Both the position numbers and the translations under genes were made by a program. Below the pieces are notes generated by a model. That model did not search any database. It saw only the letters and a list, made by a program, of their open reading frames with translations, and had not been told where the DNA came from. A stretch of DNA of 64,000 bases from an uncultured delta proteobacterium. GTDB lineage: Bacteria > Desulfobacterota > Binatia > UBA9968. The stretch lies in NCBI GenBank assembly GCA_963816145.1, contig CAWFJP010000003.1, positions 1 through 64,000 of the forward strand. The letters run 5' to 3'. Below, in pieces: positions 29,276 through 40,347 of the stretch. How positions within the stretch are numbered: position 1 is the first letter of the stretch; each line of letters begins with the position of its first letter.

Positions 29276-32200
29276 GTGAATGATTCCGTAGAAGCGGTTG
29301 GTTCCACCGGTTTAGAGATAGCCATTATCGGTATGGCTTGTCGAGTTCCAGGCGCTAAAAATATCGATGAATTTTGGCACAACCTCCGTAACGGCGTAGA
29401 GTCCATTACTTTTCCAACAAGAGAGGAGCTAGAATCCGAGGGTGTCAATCCTTTGCTGCTCGCCAATCCGAATTACGTGAAAGCGAGGGCGAGCTTGGAT
29501 GGTATCGAATTGTTTGACGCTTCATTTTTCGGCTTTACGCCCAAGGAAGCTGAAATGCTCGACCCTCAACAGCGGGTTTTTTTGGAGTGTGCCTGGGAGG
29601 CTCTCGAGAATGCCGGTTATGACGCGGAAACTTATAGCGGTGCAATCGGTGTCTATGCCGGCGCTGCTAAGAACATGCACCTCCATAGCATCGTTTCGAG
29701 CATGAATTCGTTGGAGCCCGGGGAGGTTTATCAAATCAACCTCGCCAACGATCGAGATTTCATGCCCACACGAGTCTCTTACAAGTTGAATCTCCAAGGA
29801 CCCAGCTTAAATGTTCAAACCGCGTGTTCTACCTCCTTGGTTGCCGTTCACTTGGCCTGTCAAGGTTTGCTAAACGGCGAATGTGACATAGCTCTGGCAG
29901 GCGGCGTTTCAATAAGTGTTCCGAAAAGATGCGGCTATATTTACCAAGAAGGCATGATCCATTCACCGGACGGGCATTGTCGGGCGTTTGATGCGGAAGC
30001 GCGCGGCATGGTCGGAGGTGACGGTCTGGGAATCGTCATACTTAAGCGGCTAGAAGATGCCCTAGTCGATTGCGACTCTATTTATGCAGTTATCAAGGGC
30101 TCCGCTGTTAACAATGATGGCTCGCACAAAATCGGCTATACAGCACCAAGCGTGGATGGCCAAGCAAAGGTAATCAGAGCCGCTCACAGTGTTGCCGAGG
30201 TGAATCCAGAGACAATTACCTATGTGGAAGCGCATGGTACCGCTACAGAGCTGGGTGACCCCATCGAAATAGCCGCCCTGACAAAGGCCTTTCATGCGCG
30301 TACGAATAAGAAGGGTTTTTGCGCCATAGGCTCAGTGAAAACGAATATTGGCCATCTAAACACAGCAGCTGGCGTTGCGGGATTGATTAAAACTGCCCTT
30401 GTGCTCAAAAATAAGCTGATTCCGCCGAGTCTAAATTTTAAACATCCCAATCCTAAAATCGACTTCGCTAACAGTCCGTTTTATGTCAATGCGAAGCTAG
30501 CGGAGTGGCTGAAAGGTCCTACTCCGCGACGTGCGGGAGTCAGTTCGTTTGGCATTGGAGGAACGAACGCGCATGCGGTGCTGGAAGAGGCGCCCGAGAT
30601 AAAATCCGATGCCCCTACGCGCCGTGCGCAATTACTGGTGCTTTCTGCGAAAACCACCACTGCGTTGGAGGTTGCTAGCAGAAACCTTGCTAACCACTTA
30701 CGGGAACATCCTCAACTCGAGTTGGCCGATGTCGCTTACACTTTGCAGGTTGGCCGACGACGGTTTAACCACCGCCGTGCAGTGGTTTGTAACGATATCA
30801 ATGATGCGGTGGCCGTTCTTGAGTCGCCTCAATCCAAGCGAATGATCACAGAACATCGAGAACGACAAGATGCTTCCGTCGCGTTTATGTTCCCCGGCCA
30901 AGGTGCTCAATATATCGATATGGGCCGATCCCTTTACGAGACGGAACCGATCTTCCGTGCAAGCCTTGATGACTGTGCCGAATTCCTTAAACCTCAGATC
31001 GGTCTCGATCTGCGAACCATTCTTTACCCGGAGCCGTCACAGACAGTAATTGCCGAGAGAAAAATAACCGAGACTTTGATCGCACAGCCTGCGCTGTTCG
31101 TCGTTGAGTACGCATTATCTCAGCTTTGGCTCGAATGGGGCATCGAGCCTCAGGCGGTGATCGGCCATAGCCTAGGAGAATATACGGCAGCCTGCGTCTG
31201 CGGGGTATTGTCCCGGGATGATGCTCTGCGCTTGGTTGCTGGACGCGCAAAGCTCATGCAGCAACTTCCCCAAGGAGCGATGCTCGCCGTCCGGTTGCCT
31301 GCAAAGGAAGTGGAACCGCTTCTGAGCGCGCCGCTGTCTTTGGCCGCCGTGAATGCTCCTTCTCTCACTGTTGTTTCGGGTCCTCATAAGGCAATTCAAG
31401 CCTTGCAGAGCCGACTTGAGGAGCGTCATGTAGGAGCGCGTAAAGTATCGACCTCTCACGCGTTCCACTCTGAGATGATGGATGCCATCCTAGAGCTGTT
31501 CGCAGAACTTGTGGCGAAGGTGAATTTAGGCTCTCCTCGGATTCCTTGGATTTCTTGTCTGACCGGCGATTGGATTACCTCGGCGCAAGCAACCGATCCA
31601 AACTACTGGACGCGGCAGCTACGTGAACCGGTCCGCTTCGCCGACGCCGTCCAAAAGCTGTTCTTGGATCCTCACCGGATCCTGCTGGAAGTTGGACCGG
31701 GTACGACCCTAAGCACTTTCGCCAAACAATGTCCTAACAAGTCGGCGGATCACATAGAGCTAACGTCTTTTCAACAACGCCACGATGCATTCGGTGAGAC
31801 GCAATCATTGCTTCAATCGCTTGGTCGGCTGTGGATCGGCGGCAAACAGGTGGCTTGGCCTCGGGTGCAAGGTGGGGGACAACGTCAGCGGCTTAACTTA
31901 CCTGCCTATCCGTTCGAACGAAAACGTTTTTGGATTGAGCCACCGGCGACGAAATCTGTTCAGAACGAGCACGCCCCGGTCGCGAAGGGTGTGGATGTAC
32001 CTTCGAGGCGACTCGATTCACGGAACGAGACTGGAGAAACCGATATGGCGGGAGCCTCCATGGTGTCGAATACTACGTCCGACCACCAAGAAGAAATCAG
32101 GTCGAAGCTTCGAAGGCTCTTTGCTGATCTCTCCGGCATTGAGGGCGCCAAACTGGACGTCTCTGCCAACTTTATGGAACTGGGATTTGATTCGCTATTT

Positions 32201-35200
32201 TTAACTCAAGTCGCTACGGCAGTACAAAAAGCGTTCGGTCTCAAGGTGTCGTTTCGACAGCTCATCGAAGAACACTCGACTATTGAATCTCTAACGGATT
32301 ATCTTGCTCGGATGACGGCGCCCGATCATTCGGCCGGGGACCGCTTAAGTCAGGCCGCCGTATCTCAGGGCGAGTTTAAGGAAGTTGCAGCTGGCGAATC
32401 AGTTCCCCCGACTTTGGGATTGCCGAAACGCTTAGAACCCCTGACATTAAGTTCCGAAACGATGGAACGAATTGTGAGCAAGCAGTTAGAGATCATGTCA
32501 CGACAACTCGAACTGCTCCGAAATGGGTCTGTGGTCCCATCCTCAGTAACTGCGGTAACGGCGGATCAAAAGGGCCACACCAGTCGGCATTCGAAAATTC
32601 TGAGCACATTTCCTGCCGCAAACGCGACAAGCCTCGGGGAAAAAACTACTCTCGAAGTCGAAGGGAGCGACGCCTCTGCGTTTGGACCTTATAAAGCGAT
32701 CGAAAAGGGTTCTCAGGAAAACTTGACACGAGAGCAGCGGAAACACCTCGATGAGCTACTCGATAGATATGGAAAACGCACGAAGGCATCGAAGCGTTAC
32801 ACCGAAGCCCATCGCCCTCATCTCGCCGACCCGAGATCGGTTACGGGATTCCGTTTGTTGTGGAAGGAGACGACGTACCCGATAGTCGTTTCGCGCTCCT
32901 CGGGTTGCAGACTCTGGGATATCGACGGCAATCAATACGTCGACCTCGTCAGCGGGTTTGGCTCAAGCCTTTTTGGGTACGCTCCTCGGTTCATTAAAGA
33001 CGCCATCGCGGCCCAACTGGAGGCGGGGATTGAGATTGGTCCGCAGTCGCCGCTCGCAGGTGAGGTGGCCAATCTGATCTGCGAGTTAACGGGGATGGAG
33101 CGGACGGCATTCTGTAATACGGGGTCCGAGGCCGTGATGGCGGCGCTCAGGGTAGCCCGAACGGTCACAGGACGTGACAAAATCGCGCTGTTCTCCGGAT
33201 CCTATCACGGGATATTTGATGAAGTACTGGTGCGACCCACGCGAATCAATGGGGTTGCCAAACCAATACCGGTTGCGCCTGGAATCGCTGGAAACATGTT
33301 GGAGAACGTCATCGTGCTCGAGTACGACAGCGGGCGATCCCTGGAGCTTTTACGAGAAACTTCCCAGGATCTGGCGGCTGTGCTGGTAGAACCGGTGCAA
33401 AGTCGTAGGCCCGAGCTGCAACCGAAGCAATTTCTGCATGACCTTCGTGAATTGACCGCTGCTTCGGGAACCGCGCTTATATTTGACGAAATGGTCACTG
33501 GATTCCGCAGCTGCCCCGGGGGGGCGCAGGCGCTGTTCGGTGTCAAAGCTGATTTGGCGACCTACGGTAAAGTCGTGGGCGGTGGTTTGCCGATCGGAAT
33601 CGTCGCTGGTCAAGGCCGCTTCATGGATGCGCTAGACGGTGGAAAGTGGAGTTATGGCGACGATTCACTTCCGGAAATCGGTGTGACGTTCTTTGCTGGA
33701 ACTTTTGTACGGCATCCGTTGGCGTTGGCGGCTGCGAAGGCTGTTCTTCGCCACCTCAAAGATACGGGCCCGAGCCTGCAATCCCGGCTAAACGATAGAA
33801 CGGCGGATTTTGTTGCGACTTTGAATGCTTATGCGAAGCAAGTGGACGCGCCAATTCATCTCACGCATTTTAGCTCATGGTTCTGCATCAACTTATCCCA
33901 TGAGTTGCCGATGTCGAGCTTATTTTTCATCTACATGAGAGAGAAGGGAGTTCATGTCTGGGAAGGTCGGCCCTGCTTCCTTACCACCGCACATACAATC
34001 GCGGATCTGGAACTGGTCGGCAAGGCATTCCAGCAGAGCATTGCGGAGATGCAAGAAGCCGGTTTCTTTCCTTCGCGAGTCCGCGTTACGGACGGAAAGG
34101 GACAAGCCCGCCCAGAGCAAGTTAATTGCGGATCAAGCCTGCCCTCGACCGAAGCCCAACGCGAACTTTGGCTGGCCGCACAGATGGGCGAGGATGCCTC
34201 ACGTGCCTTTGTCGATACTCTCCGAATCCACATGCGCGGCCTGTTTCAAACGGCGTCTATGGTTGAAGCCATTCAAGAGCTTGTCGCACGGCACGATTCT
34301 CTACGGAGCACGTTTAGCGAAGATGGAGAAGAACTACGCGTAGCAGCGAGCCTGAAGCTCGATGTATCTGTTAGCGACCTTTCAGGTCTTGAAGAGACTG
34401 AGAGCGGTACACAGTTGGCAGAGATAGCAGCTAAGCAGAGTCGAGCACCTTTCAATCTCAGTCGAGATCCTCTTCTTCGCGCCCACATCGTCAAAATGAA
34501 TGAGCAGCACCACGTGTTGGTGCTTACAACGCACCATATCGCGGTCGACGGATGGTCTATGGGAGTCTTGCTGTCCGAGCTCGGAGCCATTTATTCGGCA
34601 CACTGTAGAAACGAGGCGGTCGGGCTCCCAAGCTCGTCTCAATTCGTCAACTACGCGCGGTGGGAAAAAAGCCAGCGAGAAAGAGGCGAGACTTCAGAGA
34701 GCGAAACCTACTGGCTGACGCAGTTCAAAGATTTAGCTCCGGTGCTCGATCTGCCAACCGATAGACCACGTCTCGCGGTTAAGACGTACGCCGGAGCTAG
34801 GGAGCGAGTCGTAATACCGACATCCCTTTGCCGAGACCTCAGGCGAATTGCCGCTAGAAAGGGAGCTACGTTGTTTGCGACGCTGCTCGCTGGCTTCTAT
34901 GTATTATTACAGCGCCTGACGGGCCAGCATGACATCGTCGTCGGAATTCCCGCGGCTGGCCAGCTGGCCTTTGATGCCCGAGATCTTGTGGGTCACTGCG
35001 TGAATTTTCTACCGCTACGCAGTCGAATTGATGAGAGCGCGTCTTTCTCGAATTACCTCGCCTCGATTAGAAGCCTCCTCCTAGATGGCTACGAGCATCA
35101 AAATTACACTTATGGAAGCTTGATACAAAAGCTAAATATTCTCAGAGACGCCAGCCACTCACCGCTTGTGTCAGTAAGTTTCAATCTCGACAAGGACGGA

Positions 35201-37357
35201 AGTGCCCCCGACTTTGCCGATCTGGACGTTGAAGTTTCGAATCAGCCGAAGACCGCCATCAACTTCGACTGCGAGATCAACGTCCTGGAGGCGGGCGACG
35301 AACTCAGAGTGTCATGGGATTACAATACCGATCTCTTTGATACAGATACCATCCGTCGCTGGCTACATCACTACCGTTGGTTGCTTGAAACGGTTGTTAC
35401 TAACCCTGATCAGCGCATTTCAGAACTACCGATGCTCACCGAAGCCGAGCGGCATCAGCTACTCGTTGCGTGGAACGACACTCGGAGAGAGTACCCGAAA
35501 GATAAGTGTGTCCATCACCTTGTTGAAGCACAGGAAGAAAAAACTCCTCACGCCGTCGCGGCAGTATTTGATGATCAGAACCTCACGTACCGAGATCTCA
35601 ATGCCAGAGCGAATCAGCTGGCGCACTATCTTATAAAATTAGGAGTGGGGCCGGAGACTCTCGTTGGGATTTGCATGGAGAGATCCTTGGACATGGTCGT
35701 GGGTCTGCTCGGTATTCTCAAGGCCGGAGGAGCCTATGTACCTCTCGATGCGGCTTATCCCAAAGAGCGCCTTGAGTATATGCTCCAAGAGGGCCGAGTC
35801 CAGATCCTTTTAACCCAACAACGGTTACTATCGATACTCCCTAGCGATCACGGAGCACAACTCCTGTGTCTCGATACAGATTGGGCACTAGTTGCTGAAC
35901 AGGTAGATAGCAATCCGGACAACACTACCACACCTGAAAATGTCGCGTATGTCATCTACACCTCCGGGTCCACAGGCAAACCCAAGGGCGTGAAGATTTC
36001 ACACAATGCTGTGGTGAATTTCTTGAGCGCCATGCAACGGGAGACCGGGATTGCGGCCAATGACACGCTGCTGGCAATCACCACGCTATCGTTCGATATC
36101 GCTGGGCTAGAGCTTTATTTGCCAATTACTGTAGGCGCACGCGTCGTGCTCGTTTCCCGGGAGGTCGCCTGGGATGGGGTTCTGCTGGCCGAGCACTTAG
36201 CGAAATCCGGCGCCACGATGATGCAGGCTACTCCCACCACTTGGCGGATGCTGATTGAGGATGGATGGCGTGGCGGCAGTCACTTGAAGATCTTGTGTGG
36301 AGGAGAGACTCTAACTCCCGATCTCGCCACCCAGTTACTGACAAGAAGCTCTACGCTATGGAATGTGTATGGACCTACCGAGACCACCATCTGGTCCTCG
36401 ATCTTTAGAATCGAAGCACCCAATGGACTCATTCCCATTGGTCGGCCAATTGCCAACACCCAAATGTATATTTTGGATCGCTATCAGCAGCCACTCCCCA
36501 TCGGCGTTCCGGGAGAGCTGTACATTGGCGGGGCCGGTTTAGCACGGGGCTACTTGAACCGTCCCGACCTGACGGATGAATACTTCATCGCCAATCCCTT
36601 CAGCAACGATCCTGAGAGCCGGCTTTACAAGACCGGGGATCTGGCCCGTTACTTGCCCGATGGCAACATACTGTTCCTCGGCCGAATCGACAATCAGGTC
36701 AAGATTCGCGGTTATCGCATCGAGCTCGGCGAGATCGAATCCGTACTCGCTCAACATCCCGCCATCCAACAAGCGGTTGTGCTTGCAAGAGAAGACATTC
36801 CGGGTGACCGTCGCCTAGTGGCCTATACCGTGACTACTGATGGCTCTGCGCCGTCGGCTCACGACCTGCGCAGCTTTGTCCAGCTCAAGCTGCCCGACTA
36901 CATGGTGCCGTCCGCTTACGTGTTCCTAGACTCGCTGCCGCTAACTCCCAACGGCAAGCTTGACCGAAAGGTGCTGCCGGTTCCCGATCACAGCAGACCC
37001 GAGCTAGACGATGCCTTTGCCGCCCCAGGAACTCCCGTTGAGAAGATTCTCGCTAACATTTGGGCCGAAATCCTCAAGCTCGACAAGGTCGGTATCCGCG
37101 ACAACTTCTTCGAGCTGGGTGGACATTCGTTACTCGCCACGCAAGTTGTATCGCGAATCCGCAGTGCTTTCTCTATTGAATTCCCATTGCGTCAGCTTTT
37201 TGAGTCTCCAACGGTGGCCGAAATGGCGATTATTATCACCTCAGACCAAGCGAAGCGAGCAGGTGAAGCTGCGTTAGAGCAGATGCTCCGCGAGGTGGAG
37301 GGGATGAAGGACGAAGAGGCACGGAAACAGACTACCGAATCACGCATGCGAAACTGA
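29276..37357 (+). CDS. hybrid PKS-NRPS: KS-AT-ACP-aminotransferase-C-A(Gly)-T
   Basis: TACSTS/HGTAT/NIGH KS; GHSLG + HAFH AT; GFDSL ACP; DEMVTGFR...YGKVVGGG class-III aminotransferase; HHIAVDG; A code about DILQLGVIWK (Gly); GGHSL; no TE. Confidence 0.95.
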   Translation: MNDSVEAVGSTGLEIAIIGMACRVPGAKNIDEFWHNLRNGVESITFPTREELESEGVNPLLLANPNYVKARASLDGIELFDASFFGFTPKEAEMLDPQQRVFLECAWEALENAGYDAETYSGAIGVYAGAAKNMHLHSIVSSMNSLEPGEVYQINLANDRDFMPTRVSYKLNLQGPSLNVQTACSTSLVAVHLACQGLLNGECDIALAGGVSISVPKRCGYIYQEGMIHSPDGHCRAFDAEARGMVGGDGLGIVILKRLEDALVDCDSIYAVIKGSAVNNDGSHKIGYTAPSVDGQAKVIRAAHSVAEVNPETITYVEAHGTATELGDPIEIAALTKAFHARTNKKGFCAIGSVKTNIGHLNTAAGVAGLIKTALVLKNKLIPPSLNFKHPNPKIDFANSPFYVNAKLAEWLKGPTPRRAGVSSFGIGGTNAHAVLEEAPEIKSDAPTRRAQLLVLSAKTTTALEVASRNLANHLREHPQLELADVAYTLQVGRRRFNHRRAVVCNDINDAVAVLESPQSKRMITEHRERQDASVAFMFPGQGAQYIDMGRSLYETEPIFRASLDDCAEFLKPQIGLDLRTILYPEPSQTVIAERKITETLIAQPALFVVEYALSQLWLEWGIEPQAVIGHSLGEYTAACVCGVLSRDDALRLVAGRAKLMQQLPQGAMLAVRLPAKEVEPLLSAPLSLAAVNAPSLTVVSGPHKAIQALQSRLEERHVGARKVSTSHAFHSEMMDAILELFAELVAKVNLGSPRIPWISCLTGDWITSAQATDPNYWTRQLREPVRFADAVQKLFLDPHRILLEVGPGTTLSTFAKQCPNKSADHIELTSFQQRHDAFGETQSLLQSLGRLWIGGKQVAWPRVQGGGQRQRLNLPAYPFERKRFWIEPPATKSVQNEHAPVAKGVDVPSRRLDSRNETGETDMAGASMVSNTTSDHQEEIRSKLRRLFADLSGIEGAKLDVSANFMELGFDSLFLTQVATAVQKAFGLKVSFRQLIEEHSTIESLTDYLARMTAPDHSAGDRLSQAAVSQGEFKEVAAGESVPPTLGLPKRLEPLTLSSETMERIVSKQLEIMSRQLELLRNGSVVPSSVTAVTADQKGHTSRHSKILSTFPAANATSLGEKTTLEVEGSDASAFGPYKAIEKGSQENLTREQRKHLDELLDRYGKRTKASKRYTEAHRPHLADPRSVTGFRLLWKETTYPIVVSRSSGCRLWDIDGNQYVDLVSGFGSSLFGYAPRFIKDAIAAQLEAGIEIGPQSPLAGEVANLICELTGMERTAFCNTGSEAVMAALRVARTVTGRDKIALFSGSYHGIFDEVLVRPTRINGVAKPIPVAPGIAGNMLENVIVLEYDSGRSLELLRETSQDLAAVLVEPVQSRRPELQPKQFLHDLRELTAASGTALIFDEMVTGFRSCPGGAQALFGVKADLATYGKVVGGGLPIGIVAGQGRFMDALDGGKWSYGDDSLPEIGVTFFAGTFVRHPLALAAAKAVLRHLKDTGPSLQSRLNDRTADFVATLNAYAKQVDAPIHLTHFSSWFCINLSHELPMSSLFFIYMREKGVHVWEGRPCFLTTAHTIADLELVGKAFQQSIAEMQEAGFFPSRVRVTDGKGQARPEQVNCGSSLPSTEAQRELWLAAQMGEDASRAFVDTLRIHMRGLFQTASMVEAIQELVARHDSLRSTFSEDGEELRVAASLKLDVSVSDLSGLEETESGTQLAEIAAKQSRAPFNLSRDPLLRAHIVKMNEQHHVLVLTTHHIAVDGWSMGVLLSELGAIYSAHCRNEAVGLPSSSQFVNYARWEKSQRERGETSESETYWLTQFKDLAPVLDLPTDRPRLAVKTYAGARERVVIPTSLCRDLRRIAARKGATLFATLLAGFYVLLQRLTGQHDIVVGIPAAGQLAFDARDLVGHCVNFLPLRSRIDESASFSNYLASIRSLLLDGYEHQNYTYGSLIQKLNILRDASHSPLVSVSFNLDKDGSAPDFADLDVEVSNQPKTAINFDCEINVLEAGDELRVSWDYNTDLFDTDTIRRWLHHYRWLLETVVTNPDQRISELPMLTEAERHQLLVAWNDTRREYPKDKCVHHLVEAQEEKTPHAVAAVFDDQNLTYRDLNARANQLAHYLIKLGVGPETLVGICMERSLDMVVGLLGILKAGGAYVPLDAAYPKERLEYMLQEGRVQILLTQQRLLSILPSDHGAQLLCLDTDWALVAEQVDSNPDNTTTPENVAYVIYTSGSTGKPKGVKISHNAVVNFLSAMQRETGIAANDTLLAITTLSFDIAGLELYLPITVGARVVLVSREVAWDGVLLAEHLAKSGATMMQATPTTWRMLIEDGWRGGSHLKILCGGETLTPDLATQLLTRSSTLWNVYGPTETTIWSSIFRIEAPNGLIPIGRPIANTQMYILDRYQQPLPIGVPGELYIGGAGLARGYLNRPDLTDEYFIANPFSNDPESRLYKTGDLARYLPDGNILFLGRIDNQVKIRGYRIELGEIESVLAQHPAIQQAVVLAREDIPGDRRLVAYTVTTDGSAPSAHDLRSFVQLKLPDYMVPSAYVFLDSLPLTPNGKLDRKVLPVPDHSRPELDDAFAAPGTPVEKILANIWAEILKLDKVGIRDNFFELGGHSLLATQVVSRIRSAFSIEFPLRQLFESPTVAEMAIIITSDQAKRAGEAALEQMLREVEGMKDEEARKQTTESRMRN

Positions 37358-37432
37358 AGTGGCGTTGAAAATAAACCATTCGCTTAAGCAAAGCGGAACA
37401 TTAACGCCGGAGCGGAAGGCGAAACGGCTGAT

Positions 37433-37670
37433 TGCTCTCATCCAATAGGGACGTTCGTCGATTCTTCGATTGAAGATGTCGATTATCCATCCCGGGCGGT
37501 TTGAAGCAATTGCGTGGATGTATCCCGAACGGTTTGCGGTTAAGATACGAGATCGAGCTTTTGCCTATGACGAGCTGAACAAAGGCGTAAACTCCCGCGG
37601 ATACCTAAGCGGTGATTCGACTGACGTATCGGCACCCCGGGCAGGGCTTGATCGTTATTACGTTCCGCCT
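37433..37670 (+). pseudogene. collapsed remnant of a further A(-T) gene
   Basis: CSHPIGTFVD...RFEAIAWMYPERFAVKIRDRAFAYDELN parallels CFHPTGSFVA...RFEKIVSQYPDRVAIKYKDRAVTYAELN in NRPS1; frameshifted and mostly deleted. Confidence 0.7.
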
Positions 37671-38208
37671 TCTTCAATATTCCTCATCGTAAGCGCAAGT
37701 TCAGTTAATAATTACTCGTCTATTTTCAATAAACCGAAAGCGGCATCACAGACTTACGGGTTCTTGCAGTTTGCTTTCGAGAGATACACGGTTTGGTTAT
37801 CCTAACACGTTTTTTTGGGTCGCCGAATTCGACGTCAATGTCCATCTCGGGCATGGATGAAATCGCTCCCTTCAGACGAAGAGTAAATTTACCATGTAAA
37901 CTCGACCGGCATTCAACTTTCGGCGGGGCGAAATCGGCAGAACCTGGTTTCCCGCGTTCGCGGCAACCACAGTGAAGTGAAAATTTACTTCCATTGGCAG
38001 TAAATTTACGATGCGCCTGAGTCCGCCTGTTTTGGGACTCCGCAACGGGTCTGCACATCTGCAATGCTTTCAACTAGGGCAGGCTCGCGGCGGTAGACGA
38101 TACCCGGCTAGAATCGGGCAAAAAGCGGCCTGCATTGCGCATGGCTAACCGCAGAGTTAGAGTCCATGACATCGATGTCATAGGGTTATTACCGGGACGG
38201 AGGGTTTC

Positions 38209-40047
38209 TTGAGTTTAACATTAAAACAAGTGGCGATTGGGCTGGGCGTGGCGCTCGTGTGTTTTACGATTTTTACCGTTTTTAACAAACAATACCGACA
38301 CGAAACCGAGGTTATCTTTAGCGATTTTATCGCCGCGGTGGAACGCGGCGACGTCGGCGAGGTGGTGATCGAAGGCCATCAGGTTCAGGGCCAATACAAG
38401 AGCGGGGAGCAGTTTAAAACTTTTACCCCCGATGATCCGCAACTGGTGAAATCGTTGCGCGCTATGAACGTGAAAGTCGCCGCAAGAGCCGAAGGTGCCT
38501 CGCCGTGGTACGTGACGCTATTAGTTTCCTGGTTTCCGATACTGCTGCTGATCGGCGTGTGGATATTTTTTATGCGCCAGATGAAGCTGGGCGGCGGCAA
38601 GGCGATGTCCTTTGGCAAGAGCCGGGCAAAACTACTTACGGAGAATCAACATCGCATCACCTTTAGCGATGTCGCCGGTGTCGACGAGGCCAAAGATGAC
38701 CTGCAAGAGATCATTCAATTCTTAAAAGATCCGAAAAAATTCACCAAACTTGGCGGCAGAATACCCAAAGGCTGTTTGCTCGTCGGCGCTCCGGGAACCG
38801 GCAAGACTCTGTTGGCGCGCGCGATCGCTGGCGAAGCCGGCGTGCCGTTCTTCAGCATTAGCGGTTCCGATTTCGTCGAAATGTTTGTCGGCGTCGGCGC
38901 GTCGCGGGTTCGCGATCTATTCGTGCAGGGGAAAAAGAAAGCGCCATGTATCATCTTTATTGACGAAATCGACGCCGTCGGGCGCCACCGCGGCGCGGGC
39001 TTCGGCGGCGGCAACGACGAGCGTGAGCAGACGTTGAATCAGCTGCTGGTGGAAATGGATGGCTTCGAGTCCAACGAAGGGGTCATTTTGATCGCAGCAA
39101 CCAACCGGCCCGACGTATTGGATCCGGCGTTGCTCCGGCCGGGGCGGTTCGATCGCCATGTGGTTGTGCCGCGACCGGACATCAAAGGGCGGGAGGGTAT
39201 CTTGCAGGTACACTCCCGCAAGGTTCCCTTGGCAGCGGACGTCGATGTCAACCGATTGGCGCGATCGACGCCTGGGCTCACCGGCGCGGACTTGGAGAAT
39301 CTCGTCAACGAAGCCGCTTTGCTGGCAGCTCGCAATGACCAGGAAAAAGTCAATATGATCGACTTGGAGCTGGCCAAGGACAAGGTCATGATGGGTGCTG
39401 AGCGGCGCAGCATGATCATCAGCGACGAAGAAAAACGCACGACCGCCTATCATGAGGCCGGACATGCCTTGGTGGCCAAGCTCCTGCCGGGCACTGATCC
39501 TGTCCACAAAGTGACGATCATCCCGCGCGGCATTGCTCTAGGTCTGACGCAACAATTGCCGGAAGACGATAAGTATACCTACGCCGCTCAATATCTGCTC
39601 AATAATCTGGTCATCCTATTCGGCGGCCGGGTCGCCGAAGAGCTGGTGTTCAAGCAGGTCACCACGGGCGCAGGCAATGACATTGAAAAGGCCACCGACC
39701 TGGCGCGCCGGATGGTATGCGAGTGGGGTATGAGCGAAAAATTAGGGCCAATGACCTTCGGCAAGAAAGACGGGGAGATTTTTCTCGGCAGAGAGTTTAC
39801 CCAAAAAGAAGGCTATTCCAAAAACACCGCCATTGAGATCGACGCTGAGATCCGGCGCATCATTCAGGAGAGCTACCAGCGGGCACAGGACCTATTGAAG
39901 ACTAATCTCGGTCTGCTCCACAAGATTGCCCAGAAGTTACTCGAAAAGGAAGTTCTCGACGGTTCGGAGATCGACGCCATCGTCAAAGCCTTTGGCGCTA
40001 TCGCTATCGATCGGTTCGCATCTGCGAGCGTGGCGGCAACGGCTTAA
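38209..40047 (+). CDS. ftsH: ATP-dependent zinc metalloprotease FtsH
   Basis: Two TM helices, [25 protein letters not shown]. Confidence 0.95.
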   Translation: MSLTLKQVAIGLGVALVCFTIFTVFNKQYRHETEVIFSDFIAAVERGDVGEVVIEGHQVQGQYKSGEQFKTFTPDDPQLVKSLRAMNVKVAARAEGASPWYVTLLVSWFPILLLIGVWIFFMRQMKLGGGKAMSFGKSRAKLLTENQHRITFSDVAGVDEAKDDLQEIIQFLKDPKKFTKLGGRIPKGCLLVGAPGTGKTLLARAIAGEAGVPFFSISGSDFVEMFVGVGASRVRDLFVQGKKKAPCIIFIDEIDAVGRHRGAGFGGGNDEREQTLNQLLVEMDGFESNEGVILIAATNRPDVLDPALLRPGRFDRHVVVPRPDIKGREGILQVHSRKVPLAADVDVNRLARSTPGLTGADLENLVNEAALLAARNDQEKVNMIDLELAKDKVMMGAERRSMIISDEEKRTTAYHEAGHALVAKLLPGTDPVHKVTIIPRGIALGLTQQLPEDDKYTYAAQYLLNNLVILFGGRVAEELVFKQVTTGAGNDIEKATDLARRMVCEWGMSEKLGPMTFGKKDGEIFLGREFTQKEGYSKNTAIEIDAEIRRIIQESYQRAQDLLKTNLGLLHKIAQKLLEKEVLDGSEIDAIVKAFGAIAIDRFASASVAATA

Positions 40048-40101
40048 AGTCGCTAAAGCGAGGTGCTGGCGTCCTTACCTGAGATCACCAAGTCGAAATC
40101 C

Positions 40102-40347
40102 GTCATTCCCGCATGTGTTAGGCGGGAATTTAGACGAATCCGGAACTGGATGCTCGCCCCCATCAATGTTACTCGGGGCGTGCTTCAGCCGGAGAGAAGT
40201 TACGTCAATAGCGTCCGTGCGGGTATCATGCGGGCAGGAAGGAAAACACCCTGCCTGGATCCCTGCTTTCGCGACAAAGACGAAAAAGCGCAAGCTGACC
40301 TGGAGTCGACGCACTCAGAATCCCTCGGCTGATAGCCTGGGGATGAC
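40102..40347. repeat. degenerate GTCATTCCC-type REP/MITE between convergent genes
   Basis: Terminal GTCATTCCC / GGGGATGAC inverted ends; internal ATTCCCGC..GCGGGAAT and CTGGATCCCTGCTTTCGCG. Confidence 0.5.

Noticed and set aside
37470-37805. 111-aa ORF as an intact gene
   Set aside because: Chimera of A-domain relic pieces and non-coding read-through; reported as a pseudogene
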